From assembly GCF_028689295.1 (NCBI RefSeq), contig NZ_JAQTWL010000005.1, forward strand, positions 82,579-146,578: a stretch of 64,000 nt of DNA, given 5' to 3'. The DNA comes from Rhodoferax sp. (GTDB lineage Bacteria > Pseudomonadota > Gammaproteobacteria > Burkholderiales > Burkholderiaceae_C). A program made the translations under genes and the position numbers. The notes beneath the pieces are model-generated. The model ran no database searches. It saw only the letters and a list, made by a program, of their open reading frames with translations, and was not told the DNA's origin. Below, one piece after another: positions 10,054 through 19,712 of the stretch (positions are counted from its first letter, which is position 1; each line of letters starts with the position of its first letter).

Positions 10054-10820
10054 ACCGTCCACCGCAGGCGCTTGTGTCGATCTCTGTCGTTAGTCACCGA
10101 CAAATGGCTTTGATTTGCGGATTAATGCAAGATATCCAGGAAAATTGTGCAAACTTGAACCTTGAACTGATCCTGACACTTAATCTGGATGAGGCGCTTA
10201 CCTTCTTCGACGCAGATTACTCTTATCCAGTCAAAGTCATCAGAAATTTGACGCCAAGAGGCTTCGGAGCCAACCACAATCAGGCTTTCAAACAGGCTTC
10301 AGGCCAGTTTTTTTGTGTCATCAATCCTGACATTCGTTTTGACTCAGATCCTTTTCCGATGCTTGTGTCCCGTTTGAGAGACCCGGCTGTCGGTGTTGTG
10401 GCGCCGCTGGTCGTGGGGACTTCCGGTGAGCTTGAAGACAGTGTGCGGTGCTTTCCCACGCCGCGGATTATTCTTGCCAAAGTATTTGGACATCAAGAAA
10501 AGGCAGTTGATTCATTGACCACACAGAATGCTGAGCCAGACTGGGTGGGGGGAATGTTCATGCTGTTTTCAAGTCAGGTCTTTGAGCGGTTGCACGGTTT
10601 CGATGAACGCTATTTCCTGTATTACGAAGATGTGGATTTGTGTGCCAGATTGCGCCTGGAAGGTTACCGGGTGGTGGTGTGTCCGCAAACGCGGGTGATT
10701 CACCACGCCCAGCGCAGCAGCCACCGGAGTTTGAAGTTTTTGCGCTGGCATATTGCCAGCATGTTGCGTTTCTTCTTGTCACCTGTGTACCGGCAACTCA
10801 ATCAGCGGCGACGGCCATGA
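10041..10820 (+). CDS. GT2 glycosyltransferase (rhamnosyltransferase-like)
   Basis: GFGANHN, INPD, GFDERYFLYYEDVDLC motifs typical of WbbL-like enzymes. Confidence 0.85.
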   Translation: MEKIDRPPQALVSISVVSHRQMALICGLMQDIQENCANLNLELILTLNLDEALTFFDADYSYPVKVIRNLTPRGFGANHNQAFKQASGQFFCVINPDIRFDSDPFPMLVSRLRDPAVGVVAPLVVGTSGELEDSVRCFPTPRIILAKVFGHQEKAVDSLTTQNAEPDWVGGMFMLFSSQVFERLHGFDERYFLYYEDVDLCARLRLEGYRVVVCPQTRVIHHAQRSSHRSLKFLRWHIASMLRFFLSPVYRQLNQRRRP

Positions 10821-11752
10821 CGATATTGGTCACCGGTGCCAGCGGTTGGGTGGGTTCGCGCCTTTGCCAACGCCTGATGCGCGATGGGGCAAAGGTTCGC
10901 GCGTCGGCGCGAACGGCCGATTCAACGCCCGGTTTGCCCCAGTCGGTCGCCGTTGAACAGATTGACGCTACCACCGATTGGCATCATGCCCTGCACGGGG
11001 CCCGCGTTGTAGTTCACTTGGCCGCCCGCGTACACGTCATGCATGACACGGCGTCTGATCCACTGGCTGCTTTTCGCGCCGTCAATGTTGACGGCACGCT
11101 GAATCTGGCGCGTCAGGCCTCAGTTGCAGGGGTCGAGCGGTTCGTGTTCATCAGTTCGGTGAAGGTCAACGGTGAAGGCACGCAGGCCGGGCAAGTGTTC
11201 AGCGAAACCGATGCACCCAATCCGCAAGACGCCTATGCATTAAGCAAGTACGAGGCTGAGCAGGGTTTGCGCCAGATTGCGTCTGATACGGGTATGGACG
11301 TAGTGATCATCCGCCCGCCGCTGGTCTATGGCCCCGGTGTCAAGGCCAACTTTGCGACTTTGATGCGCGCGGTGAAGAAAGGCTGGCCTTTGCCATTGGG
11401 CGCGGTGCACAACCAGCGCAGTCTGGTGGCGCTGGACAATCTGGTCGATTTCATCGTCACCTGCATCACCCACCCGCAAGCGGCCAACCAGATTTTTTTG
11501 GTGAGCGATGGGCAAGACCTTTCAACAACTGCACTGGTGCGCGGCATGGCAAGGGCGACCGGTGTGCCTGAGCGCTTGCTGCCAGTGCCGATGTGGGCTT
11601 TGCAGGCGGCGGGAGCTCTGCTGGGCAAGGGCGATGCGATGCAACGGCTGTGTGGTAATTTGCAGGTGAATATTTCGAAAGCGCGGGAATTGTTGGGCTG
11701 GGTGCCTCCGGTGTCGGTGGAAGAGGGTTTGACAAGAGCGATGAGGGGATAA
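10817..11752 (+). CDS. NAD-dependent epimerase/4-reductase (WbpV/WbfT-like)
   Basis: TGASGWVG, HLAARVHVM, SSVKVNGE, YALSK catalytic motif; start moved to ATG at 10817. Confidence 0.88.
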   Translation: MTILVTGASGWVGSRLCQRLMRDGAKVRASARTADSTPGLPQSVAVEQIDATTDWHHALHGARVVVHLAARVHVMHDTASDPLAAFRAVNVDGTLNLARQASVAGVERFVFISSVKVNGEGTQAGQVFSETDAPNPQDAYALSKYEAEQGLRQIASDTGMDVVIIRPPLVYGPGVKANFATLMRAVKKGWPLPLGAVHNQRSLVALDNLVDFIVTCITHPQAANQIFLVSDGQDLSTTALVRGMARATGVPERLLPVPMWALQAAGALLGKGDAMQRLCGNLQVNISKARELLGWVPPVSVEEGLTRAMRG

Positions 11753-11754
11753 GC

Positions 11755-12644
11755 ATGATTTTTGTTTTAGGCGTTGTCGGCCATATTGATTCCCACACGG
11801 TGGTCGAACTCCTCAGCGCAGGGTATGAGGTTACCGTGTTCGACAACTTTTGCAATAGCCAGCCCGAGGTCCTCAGACGGGTGGCGAACATCGCGTGCAG
11901 ACGAGCAACTGCGGTGCAGGGCGAGTCGGTTCAAAACCCGCTGACCAATTACGACAGCAATGTCGTTGGCACGGTGCGGCTGCTGCAGGCCATGAACGAC
12001 TGCGGTATCAAAACCAAGGTGTTTGGTTCTGCTGCGGCGGTTTATGGCGAGCCGCAGCGCCCGCCACTGATCGAAGACTATCCGCTCTCGGCGAACAACC
12101 CGCACGGCCAGACCAAGCTGCGCATTGAAGACGTGTTGCGCGACCTGTACCACAGCGACCCAGCCTGGTGCATCAGCATCCTGCGCTACTTCAACCTGGT
12201 GGGGGCGCATGCCGGCGGCCGGATCGGTGAAGACCCGCTGGGCACACCCAACAACCTGTTGCCGTTTGTGGGGCCGGTGGCGGTGGGGAGGCGCGAGTTT
12301 CTGGATGTGTGGGGCAATGACTACGCCATCCCTGACGATACTGGCGTGCGCGACACATTCATGTGGCTGACCTGGCGCTGGAGCTCCTCAAGGCGCTCCA
12401 GCGCCCGGCATGCCACGCCGAGTGCCGTGCGATCAGTCTGGGGACAGGGGTGGGCCATGGCTTGCTCGACATGGTTCTGGCTTTTGAGCAGGCCAGCGAA
12501 AAACAGATTCCTTACCAGGAGGCGCCACGACGACCTGCCCCGGCATTGCTGGTCCGGCGCGCCGGGCGCGACCTGGCAAACATGTGCCCCGATGCCTGGT
12601 GCTGGCAAAACAGCAACCCGAATGGGTATGCGCAGGAAATATGA
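11755..12644 (+). pseudogene. galE: Degenerate UDP-glucose 4-epimerase (galE) pseudogene
   Basis: GalE landmarks remain (GESVQNP, LRYFN, GEDPLGTPNNLLPF, GVRD, WQNSNPNGY). The NAD motif is eroded (GVVGHID), catalytic Tyr is replaced (HGQTK), there are two internal deletions, and a 1-nt deletion at about 12355 (GAC-AC-ATT-CAT for DYIH) shifts the C-terminus into ORF 12363..12644. Confidence 0.88.
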
Positions 12645-13201
12645 AAAGACTTTTTGATTTGATGCTGGCAGCCTTGGCTGGCTGTTTTTTGCTGGTGCCG
12701 GTGTTGGTGCTTGCGGCGTTGGTGCGCTTGACATCCAGAGGGCCAGCGCTGTATTGGTCTGAGCGGGTAGGGCGCAACAACACCATTTTCAAAATGCCCA
12801 AGTTCCGCAGCATGCAAATTGGCACCCCTGCGATGGCGACGCATTTGCTGAGGAACCCGGATACCTACCTGACGCCCATCGGCAGTTTCTTGCGTAAATC
12901 AAGCCTCGACGAATTGCCGCAGTTGTGGAGCATTTTGAAGGGCGACATGAGTTTTGTCGGGCCGCGCCCTGCCTTGTTTAACCAACACGATCTGATTGAA
13001 TTGCGTACCAGGGCCGGTGTTCACAAGTTGCTGCCGGGTTTGACGGGTTGGGCGCAAATTAATGGCCGTGATGAGCTACCAATACCTCAAAAAGTGGCTT
13101 TTGATGTAGAGTATCTGCACAGGAAAACCTTTTGGTTGGATATAAAAATTATTCTGTTCACTGCACTGAAGGTAATAAGAAGGGATAATGTGACCCATTA
13201 A
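12641..13201 (+). CDS. Monotopic phosphoglycosyltransferase (PglC-like sugar transferase)
   Basis: MKRLFD, KFRSM, LRKSSLDELPQL, VGPRP, PGLTGWAQING motifs; 186 aa. Confidence 0.92.
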   Translation: MKRLFDLMLAALAGCFLLVPVLVLAALVRLTSRGPALYWSERVGRNNTIFKMPKFRSMQIGTPAMATHLLRNPDTYLTPIGSFLRKSSLDELPQLWSILKGDMSFVGPRPALFNQHDLIELRTRAGVHKLLPGLTGWAQINGRDELPIPQKVAFDVEYLHRKTFWLDIKIILFTALKVIRRDNVTH

Positions 13202-13256
13202 AAGAGTCACGACAACGTGCCGACAGGTGTTTAAACCCTTATATTTATTTAATACC

Positions 13257-13565
13257 ATGACCAACTTGATCGATATTCAAAACCAGATTGCCATCCTGCA
13301 AAAACAGGCCGAAGAAATCAAGGCGCAAGAGTTCAACAAGACCGTACAGGAAATCAAGGCCAAGATGGCGGCCTTTGGGATCACAGTGGCAGACCTCGAC
13401 GGTGGCAAAGCCCGCCCGCGCAAGGCGGCTGGAAAGTCCGGTGGCACGGCACCGGTCAAATACCGTGGCCCCAATGGAGAAACCTGGAGCGGCCGGGGTT
13501 TGATGCCGCGCTGGCTGGCGGCCTTGGTGACGCAGGGGCAAAGCAAGGAATCGTTTGCCGTTTAA
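13257..13565 (+). CDS. hns: H-NS family nucleoid-associated protein
   Basis: N-terminal coiled coil (IQNQIAILQKQAEEIK) and C-terminal KYRGPNGETWSGRGLMPRWL; 102 aa. Confidence 0.9.
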   Translation: MTNLIDIQNQIAILQKQAEEIKAQEFNKTVQEIKAKMAAFGITVADLDGGKARPRKAAGKSGGTAPVKYRGPNGETWSGRGLMPRWLAALVTQGQSKESFAV

Positions 13566-13582
13566 GTTATCAGATAATAAAT

Positions 13583-13615
13583 CGTCAAAGCGCCGTCAAA
13601 GGCGCTTTGACGTTT
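13583..13615 (+). terminator. Probable intrinsic terminator after hns
   Basis: Perfect 12-bp stem CGTCAAAGCGCC / GGCGCTTTGACG with 6-nt loop followed by TTT. Confidence 0.7.
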
Positions 13616-15490
13616 AAGGGAGTTATTTTGCAAAGTCGGGTTTTGTATTGGCCGCGCACTGTCAAGCAATTGGTGGTGCTGTCACTTGATATTGTTTTGG
13701 CCTTGCTTGCCACTTGGTTGGCGTTCACTTTGCGACTTGATACACCCCATTGGCCAAGCGATGCGCAATGGTGGGCGTATGTGCTGGCGCCAGTCATCTC
13801 GATTCCCATCTTCATCCGTTTTGGCCTGTATCGGGCCATATTTCGCTATACCGGCCAGGCTGCACTGCAGGCCACTGGCATCGCGGTTTTTTTGTATGGC
13901 TGCGTCCTGACGGTGATTCTGCTGTGGATGCAATGGCCTATGGTGCCGCGCAGTCTTGGGGTGTTGCAGCCACTCATTTTCTTGTTTTTGGTGGGGGCCA
14001 GCCGTGCTGTTGCGAGATTCTGGCTGGCTGACTTGAGCCATTCCCGGGTCAAGATTGCAAGCCGATTGCTCATTTATGGTGCAGGTACCGCTGGTGTACA
14101 AACCGCGGCTGCGCTGCGCCTGTCGCAGCAGTATGCATTGCTCGGCTTTGTTGATGACGATGTATCCAAGGTGGGGCGCAGTGTCAACGGCGTGCCTGTC
14201 TTTGCGCCCAACGAGGTACCGCAGGTGGTCGAGCGCCAGGGCATCACCGACATCTTGCTGGCCATGCCCAGTGCCACGCGTGAGCGGCGCAATGCCATTC
14301 TGGAAAGCCTGCGGCCCTTGCCCGTTCATATCCGTACCTTGCCGGGTTTGGCCGACCTGGCCAGCGGCCGGGTCACGGTGCAGGATTTTCATGAGCTTGA
14401 CGTGGAAGACCTGCTGGGTCGCGCCCCGGTGTCGCCCGATGCCTCCCTGCTGGCGCGCGACTTGGCGGCCCAGGTGGTGCTGGTGACGGGGGCCGGTGGC
14501 AGCATTGGCGGCGAGCTGACGCGCCAGATTGTGCTGCAGCGGCCGCGCCAGCTGCTGTTGCTGGATCACAATGAATTTGGCCTGTACAGCATTCACCAGG
14601 AACTGCAGGGCATTTGCGCCATGCAAAAGTTGGACGTTGAACTGGTTCCGCTGCTGGGCAGCGTGACCAACCCGGACCGTCTGGCCGATATTTGCGGGGC
14701 CTATCGCCCGGTCACCGTCTATCACGCTGCGGCCTATAAGCATGTGCCCATGGTCGAGTGCAACCCCGGCGAAGGCATTTTGAACAACGTGTTCGGTACG
14801 CTCAACATGGCGCGCGCGGCCATGGCCAGTGGCGCCAGACGGTTTGTGCTCATTTCCACTGACAAAGCGGTCCGCCCCACCAACGTGATGGGGGCCAGCA
14901 AGCGTATGTCAGAGCTGGTGTTACAGGCATTGGCTCCTGGCTGTGCCACCTGTTTTACCATGGTGCGCTTTGGCAATGTGCTCGATTCCAGCGGCAGCGT
15001 GGTGCCGCTGTTTCGCCGCCAGCTGAGCGAGGGCGGCCCGCTGACCGTGACGCACGCCGAGGTCACCCGCTATTTCATGACCATTCCCGAAGCCGCGCAA
15101 CTGGTGCTGCAGGCTGGCGCCATGGCGGGCGGTGGCGACGTGTTCGTGCTCGACATGGGTCAGCCCGTCAAAATCATGGACCTGGCGCAGCGCATGGTGC
15201 AGCTCAGTGGCCGACAAGTGCGCGACGCCGCTCATCCAGACGGTGACATCGAGATTGCCATCACCGGCCTGCGCCCGGGCGAAAAGCTGTACGAAGAACT
15301 GCTGATTGGCGACAACCCCGAGCCCACCGCGCATGCCCGTATCATGAGAGCGCATGAGGCCAGTTTAAGCTGGGATGCGCTGCAGCCGCATCTGCAGGCT
15401 TTGCGTTTGGGTGCTGAGAAGGCAGACATTGTTGCCATCAAGTCGGTGCTGCAAACCTGCGTGCACGGGTATGGGGAAGCCCCGCACTAA
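13607..15490 (+). CDS. UDP-GlcNAc 4,6-dehydratase (WbpM/PglF/CapD family)
   Basis: N-terminal TM segments, [57 protein letters not shown]. Exact start uncertain. Confidence 0.92.
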   Translation: MTFKGVILQSRVLYWPRTVKQLVVLSLDIVLALLATWLAFTLRLDTPHWPSDAQWWAYVLAPVISIPIFIRFGLYRAIFRYTGQAALQATGIAVFLYGCVLTVILLWMQWPMVPRSLGVLQPLIFLFLVGASRAVARFWLADLSHSRVKIASRLLIYGAGTAGVQTAAALRLSQQYALLGFVDDDVSKVGRSVNGVPVFAPNEVPQVVERQGITDILLAMPSATRERRNAILESLRPLPVHIRTLPGLADLASGRVTVQDFHELDVEDLLGRAPVSPDASLLARDLAAQVVLVTGAGGSIGGELTRQIVLQRPRQLLLLDHNEFGLYSIHQELQGICAMQKLDVELVPLLGSVTNPDRLADICGAYRPVTVYHAAAYKHVPMVECNPGEGILNNVFGTLNMARAAMASGARRFVLISTDKAVRPTNVMGASKRMSELVLQALAPGCATCFTMVRFGNVLDSSGSVVPLFRRQLSEGGPLTVTHAEVTRYFMTIPEAAQLVLQAGAMAGGGDVFVLDMGQPVKIMDLAQRMVQLSGRQVRDAAHPDGDIEIAITGLRPGEKLYEELLIGDNPEPTAHARIMRAHEASLSWDALQPHLQALRLGAEKADIVAIKSVLQTCVHGYGEAPH

Positions 15491-15596
15491 AGTCCTGGAT
15501 TGCCACGTCGCTGAGCTCTTTGCAATGCCGCATCCGCAACCTGCTGCACAATTTGTCAGTATTTCACTGTCTTCCCCATTGAACACCGAGCCCACC

Positions 15597-16487
15597 ATGA
15601 CCGACGTTTCACACATTCCCCCGCGCGACAAAGCCGAAATCCTGGCGCAGGCGCTGCCCTACATCCGCAAGTTCCACGGCAAGACCATCGTCATCAAATA
15701 CGGTGGCAACGCCATGACCGACCCCGCCCTGCAGGCAGACTTTGCCGAAGACGTGGTGCTGCTCAAGCTGGTGGGCATCAACCCCGTGGTGGTGCATGGC
15801 GGCGGCCCGCAGATCGAGGCTGCCCTGAAGCGTCTGGGCAAAAAGGGCGAATTCATCCAGGGCATGCGCGTCACCGACGCAGAAACCATGGAAATTGTCG
15901 AGTGGGTGCTGGCCGGCGAAGTGCAACAGGACATCGTGGGGCTGATCAACCACGCCGGTGGCAAGGCGGTGGGCCTGACCGGGCGCGACGGCGGCCTGAT
16001 CCGGGCCCAAAAGCTCAAGATGGTCGATGCCGTCGATGCCACCAAAGAGCACGACGTGGGCCAGGTGGGCGACATCGTCGGCATCGACCCCAGCGTGGTC
16101 AAGGCGCTGCAGGACGACGCCTTCATCCCGGTCATCAGCCCGATCGGCTTTGGTGAAAACAACGAGAGTTACAACATCAACGCCGACGTGGTGGCAGCCA
16201 AGCTGGCCACCGTGCTCAAGGCCGAAAAACTGATGATGCTGACCAACATCAGCGGCGTGCTTAACAAGGCGGGTGAGCTGCTGACCGACCTGACTGCGCA
16301 CCAGATCGACGAGCTCTTTGCCGATGGCACCCTGAGCGGTGGCATGCTGCCCAAGATTGCCGGGGCGCTCGATGCGGCCAAAAGCGGGGTCAATGCAGTG
16401 CACATCATCGACGGCCGGGTGCCGCATGTGCTGCTGCTGGAAATTTTGACCGATCAGGCGTTTGGCACCATGATCCGCTCGCATTGA
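15597..16487 (+). CDS. argB: Acetylglutamate kinase
   Basis: [35 protein letters not shown] motifs. Confidence 0.97.
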   Translation: MTDVSHIPPRDKAEILAQALPYIRKFHGKTIVIKYGGNAMTDPALQADFAEDVVLLKLVGINPVVVHGGGPQIEAALKRLGKKGEFIQGMRVTDAETMEIVEWVLAGEVQQDIVGLINHAGGKAVGLTGRDGGLIRAQKLKMVDAVDATKEHDVGQVGDIVGIDPSVVKALQDDAFIPVISPIGFGENNESYNINADVVAAKLATVLKAEKLMMLTNISGVLNKAGELLTDLTAHQIDELFADGTLSGGMLPKIAGALDAAKSGVNAVHIIDGRVPHVLLLEILTDQAFGTMIRSH

Positions 16488-16496
16488 CGGCTTGAC

Positions 16497-16572
16497 TGGT
16501 GGAGACAGGCGGGATCGAACCGCCGACCTATTGATTGCGAACCAATCGCTCTCCCAACTGAGCTATGCCCCC
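16497..16572 (-). tRNA. tRNA-Ala (anticodon CGC)
   Basis: Reverse complement GGGGGCATAGCTCAGTTGGGAGAGCG ATTGG TTCGCAA TCAAT AGGTC GGCGG TTCGATC CCGCC TGTCTCC ACCA; 76 nt, G3:U70 Ala identity pair, encoded CCA. Confidence 0.95.
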
Positions 16573-16617
16573 CAAGTTACCGCATTTTAAAAAGAATTCT
16601 GGGGTTTAATCCAGTTT

Positions 16618-17574
16618 ATGGAAAACAAATCACATGCGCTGGCCGCCGGCCTGTTTGTCTTGTTTGTCGCCGCACTGCTGGTCACTTTGGCGGTTTGGCT
16701 GACGCGTGACACGCGGCAATTGCGCAGTTATGAGCTTTCCGGGGAGGTCAATCTGAGCGGCTTGCAGCCTCAGGCCAGTGTGCGTTATCAGGGCGTGCCT
16801 GTGGGCAAGGTGACCGCGATCAGCCTGGACCCGCAGACCCGCGGAAAGGTGCTGGTACGCATTGCGGTGGATGACCTGGCACCGATCAGCGCCAGCACCT
16901 ACGCCACGCTTGGTTACCAGGGGGTCACCGGGTTGGCCTTTATCCAACTTGACGACGAATCGATCCAAGGTGCAGGGGCTCCCCAGGGGCGCCTGAGCGA
17001 CAACAGCCGCATTCCGCTCAAACCGGGGCTGATGAGCAGGCTGACCGACCGGGGCGAGCGCATTTTGGGGCAACTCGATCAGGCTAGCCAGCGCCTCGAC
17101 GAATTGCTGTCAAGCCAAAACCAGCAAACCCTGATGAGCACCGTGGGCCATCTGGGTAAAGCTGCCCAGGAAATTGAACAGCTGAGCGCACAAGCCCGCA
17201 CTTTGCTGCCAGAAATGGCCAGTGGCGCGCGCGACAGTCTGGCGACTCTGAAGGCGACGTCGTTGCGGGTCGGCGAAAGCGCGGACGCGGCACGCACGTC
17301 GGCGCAAGCATTTCAACGGGTGACCGAGCGGATGTTTGCACCGGGCGGCACGCTGGATCAACTGGGGCAGGCCACCGAGGTATGGGTGGTCACCAATCAA
17401 ACCCTGCAAGGCGTCACCCTACCGCACTTGAACAGTGCCGCGCAGGATCTGGCGCGCAGCACACGCCAGATCGGTGAACTGGCACAAACCCTTCGCGACA
17501 CCCCGCAAGCCATGCTGCTGGGAGCGCCGGCGCCAGCACCCGGCCCGGGCGAGTCAGGATTTTCTGCTCCCTGA
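16618..17574 (+). CDS. MlaD/MCE-family protein
   Basis: N-terminal TM, GLQPQASVRYQGVPVGKV and QGVTGLAFIQL MCE motifs, then long helical region. Confidence 0.9.
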   Translation: MENKSHALAAGLFVLFVAALLVTLAVWLTRDTRQLRSYELSGEVNLSGLQPQASVRYQGVPVGKVTAISLDPQTRGKVLVRIAVDDLAPISASTYATLGYQGVTGLAFIQLDDESIQGAGAPQGRLSDNSRIPLKPGLMSRLTDRGERILGQLDQASQRLDELLSSQNQQTLMSTVGHLGKAAQEIEQLSAQARTLLPEMASGARDSLATLKATSLRVGESADAARTSAQAFQRVTERMFAPGGTLDQLGQATEVWVVTNQTLQGVTLPHLNSAAQDLARSTRQIGELAQTLRDTPQAMLLGAPAPAPGPGESGFSAP

Positions 17575-17592
17575 TACCTGGATTGGAACGTC

Positions 17593-18282
17593 ATGAAAAA
17601 TACTGCTGTGCACACGACCCAAAGTCTGCTGTTTGTGTTGACGCTGTTACTGGCGGGCTGTGCCTCGCAGCGGCCGGCAGAAACGCACAAGGTGTACGAC
17701 TTTGGCCCCACACAGTTGCAAGTCCCGGCGGCTGCATCGCCTGCCCGCATGGCCCCGCTGGTGCTGTTTGACGCTCAAGCCTCGTCGTCACTGGCGGGCA
17801 ATGCCGTGCTGTACCGCCTGGCCTATGCCGACGCGCAGCAACTCATGCCTTATGCCCTTGCGCGCTGGAGTATGCCGCCGGCGCAATTGATCAGCCAGCG
17901 CCTGCGCCAACACCTCGGGCTTCAGCGCGCTGTAGTGGCGCCGGGCGAATTGCTGCCAGCCAGTGCGCCGCGCTTTGCATCGTCTGCCGCCGTGCCAGTA
18001 TCAGCGCCCTCGCCAAGCCTGGCTGCGCCGCTGCTGAACCTGCGTCTGGTGCTGGAAGAATTCAGCCAAGTCTTTGACTCGCCCGCTGACAGCCGCGGTT
18101 TGCTGCGCGTTCGCGCCACGCTGACGCAGCGCGCCTCCGGCAGCGAAATCCTGCTGGCGCAGCGTAGTTTTGTCCTGCAGCAGCCGGCGCCGTCACCTGA
18201 TGCGGTGGGCGCCGTGCGCGCCCTGACGGCAGCGAGCGACCAGTTGGCCGTGCAGATGACGGCTTGGCTGGCGTCACTTTAA
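17593..18282 (+). CDS. ABC-type transport auxiliary lipoprotein (PqiC-like)
   Basis: Lipobox LLAGC; YALARWSMPPAQL; LEEFSQVF motifs; follows MCE gene. Confidence 0.85.
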   Translation: MKNTAVHTTQSLLFVLTLLLAGCASQRPAETHKVYDFGPTQLQVPAAASPARMAPLVLFDAQASSSLAGNAVLYRLAYADAQQLMPYALARWSMPPAQLISQRLRQHLGLQRAVVAPGELLPASAPRFASSAAVPVSAPSPSLAAPLLNLRLVLEEFSQVFDSPADSRGLLRVRATLTQRASGSEILLAQRSFVLQQPAPSPDAVGAVRALTAASDQLAVQMTAWLASL

Positions 18283-19400
18283 CGCTGCGCGACCGTCACC
18301 TTGCCAAAGGCTGCCTGCGCCTCGCGCGGCAGGCAGCGCCAGTACTGCGGGCTGGCCTGCACCGCGCCACCCAGCGCGGCTGCCGCCTGCCAACCCCAGC
18401 GCGGCTGGTACAAAAAAGCTCGCGCGAGCGCAATCAGGTCGGCGTCGCCCGCCTGCAAAATCGCCTCGGCTTGCTGCGCTTGCGTGATCAGGCCGACCGA
18501 GGTGGTGACCATGCAGGTGGCGGCGCGGATGGCGCTGGCAAAAGGCACTTGGTAACCGGCACCCAGTGGAATGTGCTGCATCGGCGAAACACCACCGGAA
18601 GAGACGTGGACAAAGTTGCATCCGGCGGCCTTCAGGCGTTGCGAAAATTCAAAGCTTTGTGGTAAATCCCAGCCGCCATCAACCCAATCGGTGGCTGACA
18701 GGCGCATGCCAAGCACGCCGTCAAAAGCCTTGCGCACGGCGGCAAAGACTTCCAGCGGAAAGCGCATGCGGTTTTCCAGGCTGCCGCCATAGGCATCGCC
18801 GCGCTGGTTGGCCAGTGGCGACAAGAACTGGTGCAGCAAATAGCCGTGGGCGCAGTGTAGTTCCACGGCCTCAATGCCCAGGCGCGCGGCGCGCTTTGCG
18901 GCGGCCACAAAAGCGTCACGAATCCTGATCAGTTCTGCGGCAGAAAGGGCCGTGGGCGCCACCTCGGTCGGCAAATGCGGCAGGGCGGAAGGGCCAAAGG
19001 TTTCCCAGCCGCCCTGTGCCGGTGCCAGCAGCTGGCCACCTTGCCATGGCACGGCGCTGGACGCCTTGCGTCCGGCATGTGACAGCTGGATGCACACCGC
19101 CGTGCCCGGCGCCAGGGCGCGGGCGCGCTTCAGGCGGCCAACCAAAGCCGCTTCGGTGCGATCGTTCCATAGCCCCAGGCAGTTGGGAGTGATGCGGCCT
19201 TCGGGCAGCACGGCGGTGGCCTCGATGGTGAACAGCGCGGCGCCGCTGTTGAGCAGGTTGCCCCAGTGCATCAGGTGCCAGTCGGTGGCGCAACCATTGT
19301 GCGCCGAGTACTGGCACATGGGCGCCACCACCAGGCGGTTGGGTAATGTCAGGTCGCCACGCGGCGAGGGCAGGGTCAGGGGTGAAAACAGCAGGCTCAT
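18279..19400 (-). CDS. NADH:flavin oxidoreductase (old yellow enzyme, YqjM-like)
   Basis: NRLVVAPMCQYSA, QLSHAGRKAS, ELHCAHGYLLHQFLSP, YGGSLENRMRF motifs. Confidence 0.93.
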   Translation of the reverse strand: MSLLFSPLTLPSPRGDLTLPNRLVVAPMCQYSAHNGCATDWHLMHWGNLLNSGAALFTIEATAVLPEGRITPNCLGLWNDRTEAALVGRLKRARALAPGTAVCIQLSHAGRKASSAVPWQGGQLLAPAQGGWETFGPSALPHLPTEVAPTALSAAELIRIRDAFVAAAKRAARLGIEAVELHCAHGYLLHQFLSPLANQRGDAYGGSLENRMRFPLEVFAAVRKAFDGVLGMRLSATDWVDGGWDLPQSFEFSQRLKAAGCNFVHVSSGGVSPMQHIPLGAGYQVPFASAIRAATCMVTTSVGLITQAQQAEAILQAGDADLIALARAFLYQPRWGWQAAAALGGAVQASPQYWRCLPREAQAAFGKVTVAQR

Positions 19401-19712
19401 GAACAATCCTCCAAAAAAATCAGATCATGAGCTTTGACTTTACGCCATTGACTGGCTGGCTGTGAATTGGAAATTGCCGGCAAGAAGCCCATTCCTCGGC
19501 ACAATTCATGACAATTCGCATTTGTTTGTGGGGTTAGTAAAAAAATAAATGGAAAAACGAAAACTTGACGTATCATGCAGCCCGTATTGTTTTTTAAAAC
19601 AGTACATGGTTTGCGGTGAATGTCAGTCTCGCGTCTGCGCTAAGTCTTTATTGGTTTGTTGATTGCGGTTATGGACTCCATCGCGTTTTGAGTTATTTTG
19701 AGGAGTCCTTAC

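Noticed and set aside
19565-19590. TTGACG ... TATTGT as a sigma70 promoter for the RRM gene
   Set aside because: The spacer is 14 nt, too short for a canonical promoter.
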